From the NCBI RefSeq assembly GCF_938036805.1, contig NZ_CALHWC010000115.1, positions 1-49,944 on the forward strand: DNA of 49,944 nt, in the 5' to 3' direction. Position numbers and translations under genes: made by a program. The notes beneath the pieces are model-generated. The model had not been told where the DNA came from. It saw only the letters and a program-made list of their open reading frames with translations, and made no database searches. This document shows, in pieces, positions 1-10,608 of this stretch (its first letter is position 1; each line of letters begins with the position of its first letter). Origin of the DNA: an uncultured Streptococcus sp. GTDB lineage: Bacteria > Bacillota > Bacilli > Lactobacillales > Streptococcaceae.

Positions 1-181
1 CCCCTGAGTAATGCTCTTTTATATAAGTTCCTAGTTGCTCTTCCAGAAGTCGAAAGCCATGCTGATAGAGTTTGGCTGTTTTGGGGCTAAGGTTAGGTTT
101 TGTTAATTTGTTGTACATATAGATTCCTCCTGATATTACAACGAATAGAATTGTTAAAGCAATAATAATCTTTTTTTTCAC
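1..181 (-). CDS. Tandem-array membrane-anchored protein, copy A (5' part only; runs off the left edge)
   Basis: Manual translation from GTG at 181 gives MKKKIIIALTILFVVISGGIYMYNKLTKPNLSPKTAKLYQHGFRLLEEQLGTYIKEHYSG..., nearly identical to the N-termini of the neighbouring paralogs; absent from the ORF track because it is truncated. Confidence 0.9.
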   Translation of the reverse strand, partial: MKKKIIIALTILFVVISGGIYMYNKLTKPNLSPKTAKLYQHGFRLLEEQLGTYIKEHYSG

Positions 182-353
182 AAGACTAACTCCATTATAA
201 TGATTTTTAAGAGAGCGGTTTCAAAGTTCTTTTCTAATAGAAAAGCATAATACCTTAGTATTGTCATATAAAATATTTTTCATTATCTTTGGCAAACTTC
301 TATCCTCAACTACCTAAGAAAATAGTTGTCTTTGTCGCTTAGTTCACGCCACA

Positions 354-947
354 TCATCCTTCCTCTTTGCTTAGCTTAACATTGTAAATGATTTCAGCTT
401 CTGGGCTTCCTTTTTCATCCTTAACAACATCCTTTAACTGACTGTCTTCAACCAATAAAGAAATATTTTCATCTGTACTTCTAGCCTTCGTGAGCTTTGC
501 TTCGTCTGGCAAATGTTTTGCATTTGAAACATCAATGTCATTACCTTCTGAGTCCATTAATTCTATAACATTATTTCCTGAACCATCAAAATCAAGAAAT
601 ATATGAGTAACCAAACCATAGCTACTAGGTGTGTAGTTCTTTATTGTTGTTCCTAATGTTGCTTTATTCCCATATTTATCATAAATCGTCGGACGTACAT
701 AGGCATTTAGCATAGAACCACCATTATCCCCTTCAATATAAATCGGAGAAAATTCAATCTTCTCAATACCTTTATAGTGTTCTTTGAAATAGGTTCCATA
801 TTGTTCTTCTAAGAGTCGAAAACCTCGCTGATAGAGCTTGGTGGTTTTGGGGCTAAGGTTGGGTTTTGTTAATTTGTTATACATATAGATGCCTCCCGAA
901 ATTACAACGAATAGAATTGTTAAAGCAATAATAATCTTTTTTTTCAC
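354..947 (-). CDS. Tandem-array membrane-anchored protein, copy B (197 aa; putative immunity-type protein)
   Basis: KKK plus hydrophobic N-terminal anchor, GGAGG RBS, GTG start; paralogous to neighbours; function inferred only. Confidence 0.85.
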   Translation of the reverse strand: MKKKIIIALTILFVVISGGIYMYNKLTKPNLSPKTTKLYQRGFRLLEEQYGTYFKEHYKGIEKIEFSPIYIEGDNGGSMLNAYVRPTIYDKYGNKATLGTTIKNYTPSSYGLVTHIFLDFDGSGNNVIELMDSEGNDIDVSNAKHLPDEAKLTKARSTDENISLLVEDSQLKDVVKDEKGSPEAEIIYNVKLSKEEG

Positions 948-1117
948 AAGACTACCTCCATTATAATGATTTTTAAGAGAGCGGTTTCAAAGTTCTTTTC
1001 TAATAGAAAAGCATAATACATTTATATTGTCATATAAAATTTTTTCATTGTTCTTGCAAAACTTTGTTCTCAACCATCTAAAAAAATGAATATATTTCTT
1101 GATTAATTCACGCCACA

Positions 1118-1711
1118 TCAATCTTCCTCTTTACTTAGCTTAACATTGTAAATAATCTGAGCTTCTGGGCTTCCTTTTTCATCTTTCACAACATCTTTTA
1201 ACTGACCGTCTTGAACCAATAAAGAAATATTTTCATCTGTACTTCTAGCCTTCGTGAGCTTTGCTTCATTAGGTAAATGCTTTACTTTTGAAACATCTAC
1301 TAGTCTGTCTTCCGAATCCATTAACTCAATAACTTCGTCACCACTCCCGTCAAAATCAAGAATAATATCTGAACTTAGACCATAACTTAATGGAATAAAT
1401 TTTTTTACTGGTACTCCCAACGTCGCTTTATGCCCGTATTTATCATAAATTGTCGGACGTACATAAGCATTCAGCATAGAAGATCCGTCATCCCCCGTAA
1501 CATAAATTGGAGAAAATTCAATCTTCTCAATACCTTTATAGTGTTCTTTGATATAGGTTCCAATTTGTTCCTCTAAAAATCGAAAGCCTCGCTGATAGAG
1601 TTTGGTTGTTTTCGGGCCAAAGTTCGGTTTTGTAAGTTTATTGTACATATAGATTCCTCCTGATATTACAACGAATAGAATTGTTAAAACAATAATAATC
1701 TTTTTTTTCAC
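1118..1711 (-). CDS. Tandem-array membrane-anchored protein, copy C (197 aa)
   Basis: Same length and motifs (GFRxLEEQ, KIEFSPI, VRPTIYDKYG, KGSPEA); AGGAGG RBS. Confidence 0.85.
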   Translation of the reverse strand: MKKKIIIVLTILFVVISGGIYMYNKLTKPNFGPKTTKLYQRGFRFLEEQIGTYIKEHYKGIEKIEFSPIYVTGDDGSSMLNAYVRPTIYDKYGHKATLGVPVKKFIPLSYGLSSDIILDFDGSGDEVIELMDSEDRLVDVSKVKHLPNEAKLTKARSTDENISLLVQDGQLKDVVKDEKGSPEAQIIYNVKLSKEED

Positions 1712-1870
1712 TAATATACCTCCTTACACCGATCCGTAAAAATGCTCACATGTTTTTCTAACAGTATATCATAGTGTCTCGCCTTTGTAATATAAAATTT
1801 TTTATCACTTCCGCTAAAAATACTCTGTTACATCGATAAAAGTTTCATTCCTTAATGAGTTAATGTAATA

Positions 1871-2464
1871 TCATCCTTCCTCTTTACTTAGCTTAACATT
1901 GTAAATGATTTCAGCTTCCGGGCTTCCTTTTTCATCCTTGACAACATCTTTTAACTGACCATCTTCTACTAACATTTGAATATTTATATCTATACTTTTT
2001 GCATCTGTTAATCTAGCTTCTTTAGGGAGTTCTTTAGCATTTGAAACATCAATACTATTATCTTCTGAATCTAACAACTCAATGACTTCATTACCATCCC
2101 AGTCAAAATCAAGAACAAAATCTGCTTCAATCCCAAAACTATTTGGGACATATTTTTTTATTTGCGTACCCAAAGTAGCCTTATTCCCATATTTATCATA
2201 AATTGTCGGACGTACATAGGCATTCAACATAGAAGAATCCTCATCTCCAGTCACATAAATTGGAGAAAATTCAATTTTTTCAATACCTGAATATTTATCC
2301 TTAATATAAGTGCTAATTTGTTCTTCTAAGAGTCGAAAGCCTCGCTGATAGAGCTTGGTGGTTTTGGAGCTAAGGTTGGGCTTTGTTAATTTGTTATACA
2401 TATAGATACCTCCCGAAATTACAACGAATAGAATTATTAAACCCGTAATAATCTTTTTTTTCAC
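1871..2464 (-). CDS. Tandem-array membrane-anchored protein, copy D (197 aa)
   Basis: Same motifs as copies B and C; AGGAGG RBS, GTG start. Confidence 0.85.
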   Translation of the reverse strand: MKKKIITGLIILFVVISGGIYMYNKLTKPNLSSKTTKLYQRGFRLLEEQISTYIKDKYSGIEKIEFSPIYVTGDEDSSMLNAYVRPTIYDKYGNKATLGTQIKKYVPNSFGIEADFVLDFDWDGNEVIELLDSEDNSIDVSNAKELPKEARLTDAKSIDINIQMLVEDGQLKDVVKDEKGSPEAEIIYNVKLSKEEG

Positions 2465-2596
2465 AAGTATACCTCCTTACATCTATATGAAAACGAATCC
2501 ATTTTTTCTGTTTATAGTATATTACAATATTGTATTTTTTGCCGAGTATTTCTGCCATATTATCCATAAACAGAAACCTCCCCATTTAATCAAGGA

Positions 2597-3232
2597 TCAT
2601 TCCCATTCTGAGTAGTACCCTCTTCTGATTTCAATGTTATACTCTATCTTTGCTTTTGGACTACCACTTTCACTCTTCTTTACACCTTTCAACTGACCGT
2701 TCTGGATAAGCACCTCAATATTCTTATCTAATTTGGGAAGGGAAGACAATTTAGCGAATTCAGGCAAATGTTTATGATTAGACACTTCTACTGTTGTATT
2801 TTCATCAATCCTCAGGTCAATGGCTTCTTCACCAGTCGCTCCATCAAATCCTAGAAGCAAATCCCACGAATCACCATAGGCAGCATAGGTAGTGTCTCCT
2901 ATTTTTTTCCCTAAATAAGTTTTATTTCCATTTGAATCAGTTATAGCTGCGATTATACTAGCACCAAACATTGTCTGTCCATCCCCACCTTGAACAAAAA
3001 TTGGCGAAAACTCTATTTTACTGACTCCTGAATAGTGCTCTTTGATATAAGTTGACAACTGTTCTTCCAACAAACGAAATCCGCGTTTGTAAAGTTTTAC
3101 TTCTTTATCGTCTAAAACGTCACTAACATTATACGGTGAGTTTTGATATTCAATCCATTTTGTCATACAGTATCCCCCTCCTGAAACTAGAACGAACAAA
3201 ATTACCAGAACGACAATAACCTTTTTTCTCAT
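2597..3232 (-). CDS. Tandem-array membrane-anchored protein, divergent copy E (211 aa)
   Basis: Shares LYxRGFRLLEEQ, YIKEHYSG, KIEFSPI, NGQLK, GSP motifs; GGAGG RBS, ATG start. Confidence 0.85.
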   Translation of the reverse strand: MRKKVIVVLVILFVLVSGGGYCMTKWIEYQNSPYNVSDVLDDKEVKLYKRGFRLLEEQLSTYIKEHYSGVSKIEFSPIFVQGGDGQTMFGASIIAAITDSNGNKTYLGKKIGDTTYAAYGDSWDLLLGFDGATGEEAIDLRIDENTTVEVSNHKHLPEFAKLSSLPKLDKNIEVLIQNGQLKGVKKSESGSPKAKIEYNIEIRRGYYSEWE

Positions 3233-3452
3233 GATTATACCTCCATTACAGTATTCTATAAAACAAGGCTTTCAGCTATCACTTTCCTACATTGTAGCAT
3301 AATTTTTAGCATTGTCCCCTATCGTCTTTTTCTATCGTTTTAAGTAAAGGTGGCTTCCTCAATCATCTAGGTAAAATGCACTGGTTTATTTTAGGTTTTT
3401 AGCCCTTTGAAATCCCAATTCGTCTCATCTCACCTTTTCTCCTCCTCAAAAC

Positions 3453-3479
3453 AAAAAGACAAGCTTAGCCTGTCTCTTT
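3453..3479 (-). terminator. Intrinsic terminator after phoU
   Basis: aaaaagacaagc-tta-gcctgtctcttt inverted repeat with a T-run on the minus strand just past the phoU stop. Confidence 0.6.
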
Positions 3480-3487
3480 AACATATA

Positions 3488-4144
3488 TTATAATTCAACA
3501 ATTTTACCCGTTTCAAAGTAAACGACCCATTCGCAGATGTTTTTGGCATAATCGCCGATACGTTCCAAGAAAGAAATAACCTGGAAGTAATCACGGCCTG
3601 TAACGATGGCTTCAGGATTTTTCTTGATTTCTTCCGTTGCCAGGTCACGAATGCTATCAAAATAATGGTTGATTTTTTCATCCATGGCTGCTACTTCATA
3701 GGCTTGATCTACAGAACCATTCAGGTAGAGATCAAGGGCAGCTTCAACGAAATTTTTCACATCGCGACCCATCTTTTTAATTTCGTCCTCGACAGTTGGA
3801 ATACGCTGTTCACCCTTCATACGAATAGCTGCTTTTGCAATGGATACTGCATGGTCTCCCATACGCTCTAAGTCTGAAACAGCCTTCAGAACGGTCAAGA
3901 CTGTACGAAGGTCTTGAGAAACAGGTTGTTGGAGAGCAATCATTTCAAATGATTTCTTTTCCAATTTCACTTCATATTCATTTACTTCTGCATCATCTTC
4001 GATGACTTCCTTTGCCAAGTCACGGTCATGCGTGACAAAGGCACGCACGGTGCGGTTGATTTGTGAGAGCACTTCTTGTCCCATTGCGTAAAACTGATTG
4101 TGCAATTTCTCCAAATCTTCTTCAAATTGAGATCGTAACATCAT
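3488..4144 (-). CDS. phoU: Phosphate signalling/transport regulator PhoU
   Basis: QQPVSQDLR, DLERMGDHA, LERIGDYAKNICE motifs; last gene of the pst operon. Confidence 0.97.
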   Translation of the reverse strand: MMLRSQFEEDLEKLHNQFYAMGQEVLSQINRTVRAFVTHDRDLAKEVIEDDAEVNEYEVKLEKKSFEMIALQQPVSQDLRTVLTVLKAVSDLERMGDHAVSIAKAAIRMKGEQRIPTVEDEIKKMGRDVKNFVEAALDLYLNGSVDQAYEVAAMDEKINHYFDSIRDLATEEIKKNPEAIVTGRDYFQVISFLERIGDYAKNICEWVVYFETGKIVEL

Positions 4145-4152
4145 TCAACTCC

Positions 4153-4911
4153 TTATCCAAATTTTCCTGTAATATAATCTTCTGTTTCCTTGTTTTGTGG
4201 GTTGAGGAACATCTCCTTAGTATCATTAAACTCCATCAAATCGCCGCCCAAGAAGAAGCCCGTTTTATCCGACAGCCGTGAAGCCTGCTGCATGGAGCGC
4301 GTCACCAAAAGCATGGTATAGGTGTCTTTGAGACCGTAGAGAGTTTCCTCAATCTTACCAGCAGAGATTGGATCTAACGCCGATGTTGGCTCATCCAAGA
4401 GGATAATTTTCGGGCTGGTAGCCAAAACGCGCGCTACACAAATCCGCTGCTGTTGACCACCAGAGAGGCCGATAGCCGAATCATGTAAACGGTCTTTCAC
4501 TTCGTCCCAAATAGAAGCCCCAATCAAGGAACGCTCTACCGCTTCATCTAAAACCTGTTTATCCTTGACACCGTTAATGCGCAGTCCATAAACAACATTT
4601 TCATAAATGGTCATTGGGAAGGGATTAGGCTGCTGGAAAACCATACCAATTTCCTTGCGCAACTCCACCGTATCTGTCCGAGGACTGTAGATATTGTGTC
4701 CGTTATAGATGACCGTGCCTGTCGTTGTTACTTCTGGATTCAAATCACCCATACGGTTGATAGCCTTGAGCAAGGTAGATTTCCCTGAACCTGATGGCCC
4801 AATCAAGGCAGTGATTTCATTAGGCATAAAGTCCAAGGAGACACTATTAAGTGCTTTCTTTTTATTATAATAAACCGACAAGTCCTTGACTTGCAAAATA
4901 GGTTCTGTCAT
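4153..4911 (-). CDS. pstB: Phosphate ABC transporter ATPase PstB (second copy)
   Basis: [39 protein letters not shown]. Confidence 0.96.
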   Translation of the reverse strand: MTEPILQVKDLSVYYNKKKALNSVSLDFMPNEITALIGPSGSGKSTLLKAINRMGDLNPEVTTTGTVIYNGHNIYSPRTDTVELRKEIGMVFQQPNPFPMTIYENVVYGLRINGVKDKQVLDEAVERSLIGASIWDEVKDRLHDSAIGLSGGQQQRICVARVLATSPKIILLDEPTSALDPISAGKIEETLYGLKDTYTMLLVTRSMQQASRLSDKTGFFLGGDLMEFNDTKEMFLNPQNKETEDYITGKFG

Positions 4912-4938
4912 AAGTTCATTCCTTTAGTTTCTTCACCT

Positions 4939-5742
4939 TTAACCAAAATGACCAGAAACATAGTCATTGGTCGACTGCAGTTTGGCATTTTGGAAAATAT
5001 TGGCAGTCTTGTCGTACTCAATCAAATCCCCCAGATAAAAGAAGCCGGTGTAGTCACTGGCACGGGCAGCCTGCTGCATATTGTGAGTCACGATGATGAT
5101 CGTATAGTCCTTTTTGAGCTCAAACATGGTCTCTTCCAGCTGCATGGTCGCAATTGGATCCAGCGCAGAAGCTGGCTCGTCCATAAGCAAGATATCTGGC
5201 TTGACCGAGATAGCTCGGGCAATACAGAGCCGTTGCTGCTGGCCGCCTGACAAGGTCAAGGCTGATTTATGAAGATCGTCCTTGACTTGGTCCCAAAGCG
5301 CGGCTTGCTTGAGCGAAGTTTCAACAAGCTCATCCAAGATCTTTTTATCTTTTACACCTGCACGTTCGTGAGCAAAAGTAATGTTGCGGTAGATAGACTT
5401 GGCAAATGGATTGGGCCGTTGAAAGACCATGCCGATGTGCTTACGCATTTCGTAAACGTTGATATCAGACCGATTGACGTCTATTCCTTGGTAAAGAATT
5501 TGCCCTGTTACCTTGGCAATATCAATCGTGTCATTCATACGATTAAGACTGCGGAGATAGGTAGATTTCCCTGAGCCAGAGGGACCGATAAGAGCTGTGA
5601 TTTTATTCTTTTCAAATTGCATATCAATACCCTTGATGGATTCTTTTTTACCATAGTAAACATGCAAATCCTTGGTCGAAAGGGCTACCTTTTCTTCAGG
5701 AAAAGTAATGATATGTTTTTCACTCCAATTATATTCTGTCAT
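4939..5742 (-). CDS. pstB: Phosphate ABC transporter ATPase PstB (first copy)
   Basis: [44 protein letters not shown]. Confidence 0.96.
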   Translation of the reverse strand: MTEYNWSEKHIITFPEEKVALSTKDLHVYYGKKESIKGIDMQFEKNKITALIGPSGSGKSTYLRSLNRMNDTIDIAKVTGQILYQGIDVNRSDINVYEMRKHIGMVFQRPNPFAKSIYRNITFAHERAGVKDKKILDELVETSLKQAALWDQVKDDLHKSALTLSGGQQQRLCIARAISVKPDILLMDEPASALDPIATMQLEETMFELKKDYTIIIVTHNMQQAARASDYTGFFYLGDLIEYDKTANIFQNAKLQSTNDYVSGHFG

Positions 5743-5752
5743 TGCTTCTCCT

Positions 5753-6637
5753 TTATGCAGAGGTTAATTTCTTATGCAAGTAGGCACCGAGTTTACGGGC
5801 TCCAAAATTGAAAATCAAGATGAAAATCAGAAGCACTGCTGCTGATCCTGCTGACACGACAGTTCCATCAGGAATGGTTCCTTCACTATTGACCTTCCAG
5901 ATATGGACAGCCAGCGTCTCCGCCTGCCGGAAAATCGAAATCGGGCTGGTAATGCTGAAAATATTCCAGTTAGACCAATCCAGAGCTGGCGCAGATTGAC
6001 CCGCAGTATAGATCAAGGCAGCTGCTTCACCGAAAATCCGACCAGAAGCAAGAACAATTCCTGTCACAATCCCTGGCAGAGCTTCAGGAATGACCACATG
6101 TAGGACTGTTTCCCAGCGGGAAATTCCCAAGGCCAAACCAGCTTCACGCTGTGTATGGTGAACGTGACGTAAGCTATCCTCGACATTCCGAGTCATCTGA
6201 GGCAGATTGAAGACAGTCAGCGCCAGAGCACCTGAGATGATAGAAAAGCCATACTCAAACTGCACAACGAAAATCAAATAACCAAAGAGTCCGACTACCA
6301 CGGATGGAAGAGAGGACAGGATTTCAATACAGGTACGGACAAAATTAGTCACTGGACCTTTTTTAGCGTACTCAGCCAGATAGACTCCCGCTCCCATCGA
6401 AAGGGGAACAGAGATAATCAGAGTAATCACCAGCAGGAAGAAGGAATTGTAGAGCTGAATCCCAATACCCCCGCCAGCTTGATAAGAAGAAGATTTTCCA
6501 GTCAGGAAAGACCAAGAAATATGTGGCAATCCTCTTACCAGGATATAAAGAATCAGGGAGGCAAGGATAGCAACAATGATACCAGCTATCGTGTAGAGAA
6601 CACCAGTCGCCAATTTATCTAATTTCTTAGCGTGCAT
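5753..6637 (-). CDS. pstA: Phosphate ABC transporter permease PstA
   Basis: YLAEYA, SLPSVVVGLFG, EAGLALG, RIFGEAA motifs. Confidence 0.96.
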   Translation of the reverse strand: MHAKKLDKLATGVLYTIAGIIVAILASLILYILVRGLPHISWSFLTGKSSSYQAGGGIGIQLYNSFFLLVITLIISVPLSMGAGVYLAEYAKKGPVTNFVRTCIEILSSLPSVVVGLFGYLIFVVQFEYGFSIISGALALTVFNLPQMTRNVEDSLRHVHHTQREAGLALGISRWETVLHVVIPEALPGIVTGIVLASGRIFGEAAALIYTAGQSAPALDWSNWNIFSITSPISIFRQAETLAVHIWKVNSEGTIPDGTVVSAGSAAVLLIFILIFNFGARKLGAYLHKKLTSA

Positions 6638-7544
6638 AGTTTTTCTTACCTCTTTCTTTTGTAATCAGTTTAATGGTACTGTTAAAGGCTAAGCTCATCA
6701 TCAAGAGCACCAGAGCCAGAGACCAGAGAACGTTATTATCCACTGTTCCCATAATGGTATTCCCGATTCCCATGGTTAAAACGGAAGTCAGCGTCGCCGC
6801 AGGTGTTGTCAAAGAGGTTGGAATCACCGCAGAGTTCCCGACAACCATCTGGATAGCCAAGGCTTCACCAAAGGCACGCGCCATTCCAAAAACCACAGCT
6901 GTAAAGATACCGGAACGAGCAGCCTTGAGCGTTACCCGCCAAATAGTCTGCCAGCGCGTAGCCCCCATAGCCAGACTTGCTTCACGATAATGACGCGGCA
7001 CAGCACGAAGACTGTCTGTTGTCATAAAGGTAACAGTCGGCAAAATCATAACAAAGAGTACGAAAATTCCAGACAAAATCCCAAATCCGGTACCGCCAAA
7101 AACAGTCCGAACAAAAGGAACCACAACCTGCAAGCCGATAAATCCGTACACAACAGACGGAATTCCAACCAAGAGCTCAATCGCAGGCTGAAGAATCTTG
7201 GCCCCTTTAGGCGACACTTCAGTCATAAAGACGGCTGCTCCAATAGCAAATGGCGTTGCAATCAATGCTGACAAAATCGTAACAATGAAAGACCCCAAGA
7301 TCATGGGCAGAGCACCGAATTCCTTACCTGACGGATTCCAAGTGGAGCCAAACAAAAATTCAAACACATTGACTCCGTTGACAAAGAAGGTCGACAGCCC
7401 TTTTTGTGCTACGAAGATTAAAATCATGGCTACAATCAATACGATTAAAGACAGGCAGGCAAAGGTAATATATTTACCAAATTTTTCCAGACGAGAGTTT
7501 TTCGAAGGGGATAGTAATTTCTTTGCTAATTCTTCATTTCTCAT
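6627..7544 (-). CDS. pstC: Phosphate ABC transporter permease PstC
   Basis: [34 protein letters not shown] motifs. Confidence 0.96.
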   Translation of the reverse strand: MRNEELAKKLLSPSKNSRLEKFGKYITFACLSLIVLIVAMILIFVAQKGLSTFFVNGVNVFEFLFGSTWNPSGKEFGALPMILGSFIVTILSALIATPFAIGAAVFMTEVSPKGAKILQPAIELLVGIPSVVYGFIGLQVVVPFVRTVFGGTGFGILSGIFVLFVMILPTVTFMTTDSLRAVPRHYREASLAMGATRWQTIWRVTLKAARSGIFTAVVFGMARAFGEALAIQMVVGNSAVIPTSLTTPAATLTSVLTMGIGNTIMGTVDNNVLWSLALVLLMMSLAFNSTIKLITKERGKKNYAR

Positions 7545-8425
7545 TTGCTATCTCCTTTTAAGCTCGTAACATTTCCATCAGAGTCCTTGCTGACCTGCAT
7601 TTCCTTGATGGAAATATAGCCCATTCCTGAGACGATTCCATCCTGAACTTCATCTGACAGCATGTAGTCCAGAAACTCTGCTGCCAGACCAGTCGGCTTG
7701 CCCAATGTATACATATGCTCATAAGACCAGAGGGGCCAAGCATTGGTCGCAACATTTTTGGCCGTTGGCTCGTAGCCATTGAGCTTCAAAATCTTGACAG
7801 AATCATCCACATAAGCAAAGGCCAGATAAGAAATGGCTCCCGGTGTTTGAGAAACAATGGACTTAACCATCCCATTTGAATCCTGCTCCTGACTTTGAAC
7901 AGCTGATTTACCATTCATGATGACACTGTCAAACGTAGCTCGAGAACCAGAACTTGCCGCACGGTTGATGATGGAAATCTCTAGGTTTTTCCCACCCAGC
8001 TGCTTCCAGTTGGTCACTTCACCAGTAAAAATCTTCTGCAGTTGCTCCGCCGTTAAATTATCGACAGACACTTCTTTATTGACAATCACGGCAATTCCAG
8101 CGACTGCTACCTTGTGGTCAACAAGGGCTGAAGCATCAATCCCTTCTTTTTCCTCAGCAAAGACATCTGAGTTACCAATTTCAACTGCACCAGACTGAAC
8201 TTGAGACAAGCCAGTACCTGATCCGCCACCTTGAACATTGACTGTTTTTCCAATATTGGCTGAACCAAACTCATCCGCGGCTGCTTCAACAAGCGGCTGA
8301 AGAGCTGTCGAACCAACGGCAGTCATGGACTCCCCTCGGTCAATCCAGCTGGAACAGGCTGATAGGCTGACTGCAAATAGCACTAGAACCGCTGACAAAA
8401 TCAGCTTATATTTTTTCTTCACCAT
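7541..8425 (-). CDS. pstS: Phosphate-binding lipoprotein PstS
   Basis: Lipobox [29 protein letters not shown] motifs. Confidence 0.96.
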   Translation of the reverse strand: MVKKKYKLILSAVLVLFAVSLSACSSWIDRGESMTAVGSTALQPLVEAAADEFGSANIGKTVNVQGGGSGTGLSQVQSGAVEIGNSDVFAEEKEGIDASALVDHKVAVAGIAVIVNKEVSVDNLTAEQLQKIFTGEVTNWKQLGGKNLEISIINRAASSGSRATFDSVIMNGKSAVQSQEQDSNGMVKSIVSQTPGAISYLAFAYVDDSVKILKLNGYEPTAKNVATNAWPLWSYEHMYTLGKPTGLAAEFLDYMLSDEVQDGIVSGMGYISIKEMQVSKDSDGNVTSLKGDSK

Positions 8426-8522
8426 TTTTCTCCTCGAAATCTTGAGAATGATAGTGGAATGTCTATTTGAAAGAAACTGAAAATCCCACTATATCCACTA
8501 TAACATAGAAAGAGGGCTTTGC

Positions 8523-9836
8523 CTAGTCTTTTGAACGAAAGCGAAGCCCCTTTGGGAAATAATTTTTCAAGGTATTTCCAGTAATTTTTGCAAAGCCCAG
8601 ACCATTGCCTTGGGCAAGCACTTGATACCAGCCATTTGGATAGTTTTGAGAGAGTTGAACCGTCTCGCCTGCTACATATTTGCTAAAGGCCTCATCGTCA
8701 ATCTCAAGGACTGAGACGACTTCACTAGGTCTCAAGGCCAAACCTAAGGCAAAGCTCGGTTCAAAGCGATTTTTCTTAAATTCACCCAGATGCAGGCCAT
8801 TGCGAGCGATTTTCAGCTTGGATATGTCTGGCAATCCGGCTGGCAGCAGATACAGATTGTTGCCAAAGATATCTAAATGTCCTTCTAGCTCAATTTTTAG
8901 ATGCTTTTTCTGGAAATCTTGCCAGAGTTTTCTTTGCTCAGCTGTCAATTTATTTTTGGCAGCCTTGATTTTTTTAGCAGACTGACTTCCTGTAAAACGA
9001 AATTTCGCTACAAATTGTCCTTCTCCTTTGAAATGGTGGGGATACATACGAGCTGTTTCTGGAAAATCAATCCCTGCCACCATGCCATTGACTTTTGGTA
9101 TTTCAAGCAATTCCAAAGGAAAATTCTCTAAAAGCCAAGCGACAATTTCTTCATTTTCTTCAGGTGCCCAGGTGCAGGTCGAATAGACCAGCTGCCCGCC
9201 CGTTGCTAACATCTTGATAGCGTCCGCTAAAATTTCTCGCTGGAGACGCGCACACTGAGCCGGATATTCCAGACTCCAATATTGGGTAGCATCTGGCTGT
9301 TTGCGAAACATCCCTTCGCCAGAGCAAGGAGCATCCAGAACAATGAGGTCAAAATAGCCCTGATAAACCTTAGCTAATCTATCGGCAGATTCGTTGGTGA
9401 CAAGGACATTTCGCGCTCCAAACCGCTCAATGTTTTCTACCAAGATTTTACTTCGTTTGGCATTGATTTCGTTAGAAACCAGCAAACCTGTGTTTTCCAG
9501 ATAAGAGAGTAACTGGGTAGATTTTCCGCCTGGTGCAGCCGCTAAGTCCAAAACTTTCATTCCCTTTTGTGGTGCTGCAACCTGGGCAACCATTTGCGCA
9601 GCTGGCTCCTGAGAATAAACCAGCCCCGTGACGTGTTCCACCGACTTACCTGACACTTTTCCATAATAGCCCCAATCTGTGTTTGGGATAGCAGCCGCAA
9701 ATTCTTTCTGAGTTTCTTTTAAAGGATTGCTTCGAAAGGCTGAAATAGGCTCTTGATCAAAAGTCGCAAAAAAAGCCTCTGCTTCCTGACCCAAGAGCTC
9801 CCTATACTTTTCCTTAAAACCTACTGGAAAGTCCAT
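8523..9836 (-). CDS. rsmF: RsmF/NOL1/NOP2-family rRNA m5C methyltransferase
   Basis: DLAAAPGGKS, LDAPCSGEGM, VYSTCT motifs; start moved to ATG 9836 (MDFPVGF), just after the upstream stop. Confidence 0.9.
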   Translation of the reverse strand: MDFPVGFKEKYRELLGQEAEAFFATFDQEPISAFRSNPLKETQKEFAAAIPNTDWGYYGKVSGKSVEHVTGLVYSQEPAAQMVAQVAAPQKGMKVLDLAAAPGGKSTQLLSYLENTGLLVSNEINAKRSKILVENIERFGARNVLVTNESADRLAKVYQGYFDLIVLDAPCSGEGMFRKQPDATQYWSLEYPAQCARLQREILADAIKMLATGGQLVYSTCTWAPEENEEIVAWLLENFPLELLEIPKVNGMVAGIDFPETARMYPHHFKGEGQFVAKFRFTGSQSAKKIKAAKNKLTAEQRKLWQDFQKKHLKIELEGHLDIFGNNLYLLPAGLPDISKLKIARNGLHLGEFKKNRFEPSFALGLALRPSEVVSVLEIDDEAFSKYVAGETVQLSQNYPNGWYQVLAQGNGLGFAKITGNTLKNYFPKGLRFRSKD

Positions 9837-9837
9837 A

Positions 9838-10608
9838 CTAGCCTTTTCCCTTTCGTAAATACTCTTGTAATTCGTCCAACTTGCACTTCGGCGCAATCAT
9901 AATCGGCTCCTGAGTCTGAAAATTCGGCTGATTGCCATCTAGGGTCTGAATGACAAAGCCCAGTTTGTCAGCCATCACATAGGCAGCTGCGTAGTCCCAA
10001 GGCCAATTATAAGAGAAATAGGCCGCCAAACCACCCGCCAGAGCCTTGCCAAAACTAATCCCAGCGCTGCCATAGACACGCACGCCTAGGCAAGCACGAG
10101 ATAAGTCAGCCAGTCCCCAGTGATTATGCTCTAACATACAGGCATTTGAAGCAATCAAATATTGCTGCAAGGGCTTATCGATAAAAGTAGCCAACTTTCT
10201 GTCATTGCAGTAAACATCAAAAGCCCCGCCTCCATGAAAAAGCTGGTCCCTTGTCACATCGTAGATCAAACCGAACTTGCCCTGCCCATTTTCGAAATAA
10301 GCCAACATAATAGCAAAATCAGCCTGCTGGGTAATGAAATTATTGGTACCATCAATGGGATCAATCACCCATACATTGCCATCCGCGATGTCGTGTCGCA
10401 GGTCATTTTCCTCGGCCAAAATCGCGTCGTTCGGATACTGAGTTAAAATTTTCCCGACCAAGTCATCCTGGATGATCCGATCCATTTGAGTCACCAAGTC
10501 AGTCGGACTGCTCTTTTGTAGGACATCCAGGTCATCATAGAGATGCTCCCTTAAAAAAGCGCCTGCCTGATAAACTATTTCTTTCGCAAAATGAAATTTA
10601 TTTTCCAA
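9838..10608 (-). CDS. Inositol monophosphatase family protein
   Basis: [24 protein letters not shown] motifs. Confidence 0.93.
   Translation of the reverse strand: MENKFHFAKEIVYQAGAFLREHLYDDLDVLQKSSPTDLVTQMDRIIQDDLVGKILTQYPNDAILAEENDLRHDIADGNVWVIDPIDGTNNFITQQADFAIMLAYFENGQGKFGLIYDVTRDQLFHGGGAFDVYCNDRKLATFIDKPLQQYLIASNACMLEHNHWGLADLSRACLGVRVYGSAGISFGKALAGGLAAYFSYNWPWDYAAAYVMADKLGFVIQTLDGNQPNFQTQEPIMIAPKCKLDELQEYLRKGKG

Noticed and set aside
171..2461. A8 tracts right after the GTG starts of array copies as phase-variation switches
   Set aside because: All copies are in frame and the tract simply encodes the KKK of the signal anchor; no length variation visible
8451..8505. ATAGTGGA...TCCACTAT inverted repeat resembling RUP ends
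   Set aside because: Too short and lacking a RUP core; better explained by an extended -10 (TGtTATAGT) and leader of pstS
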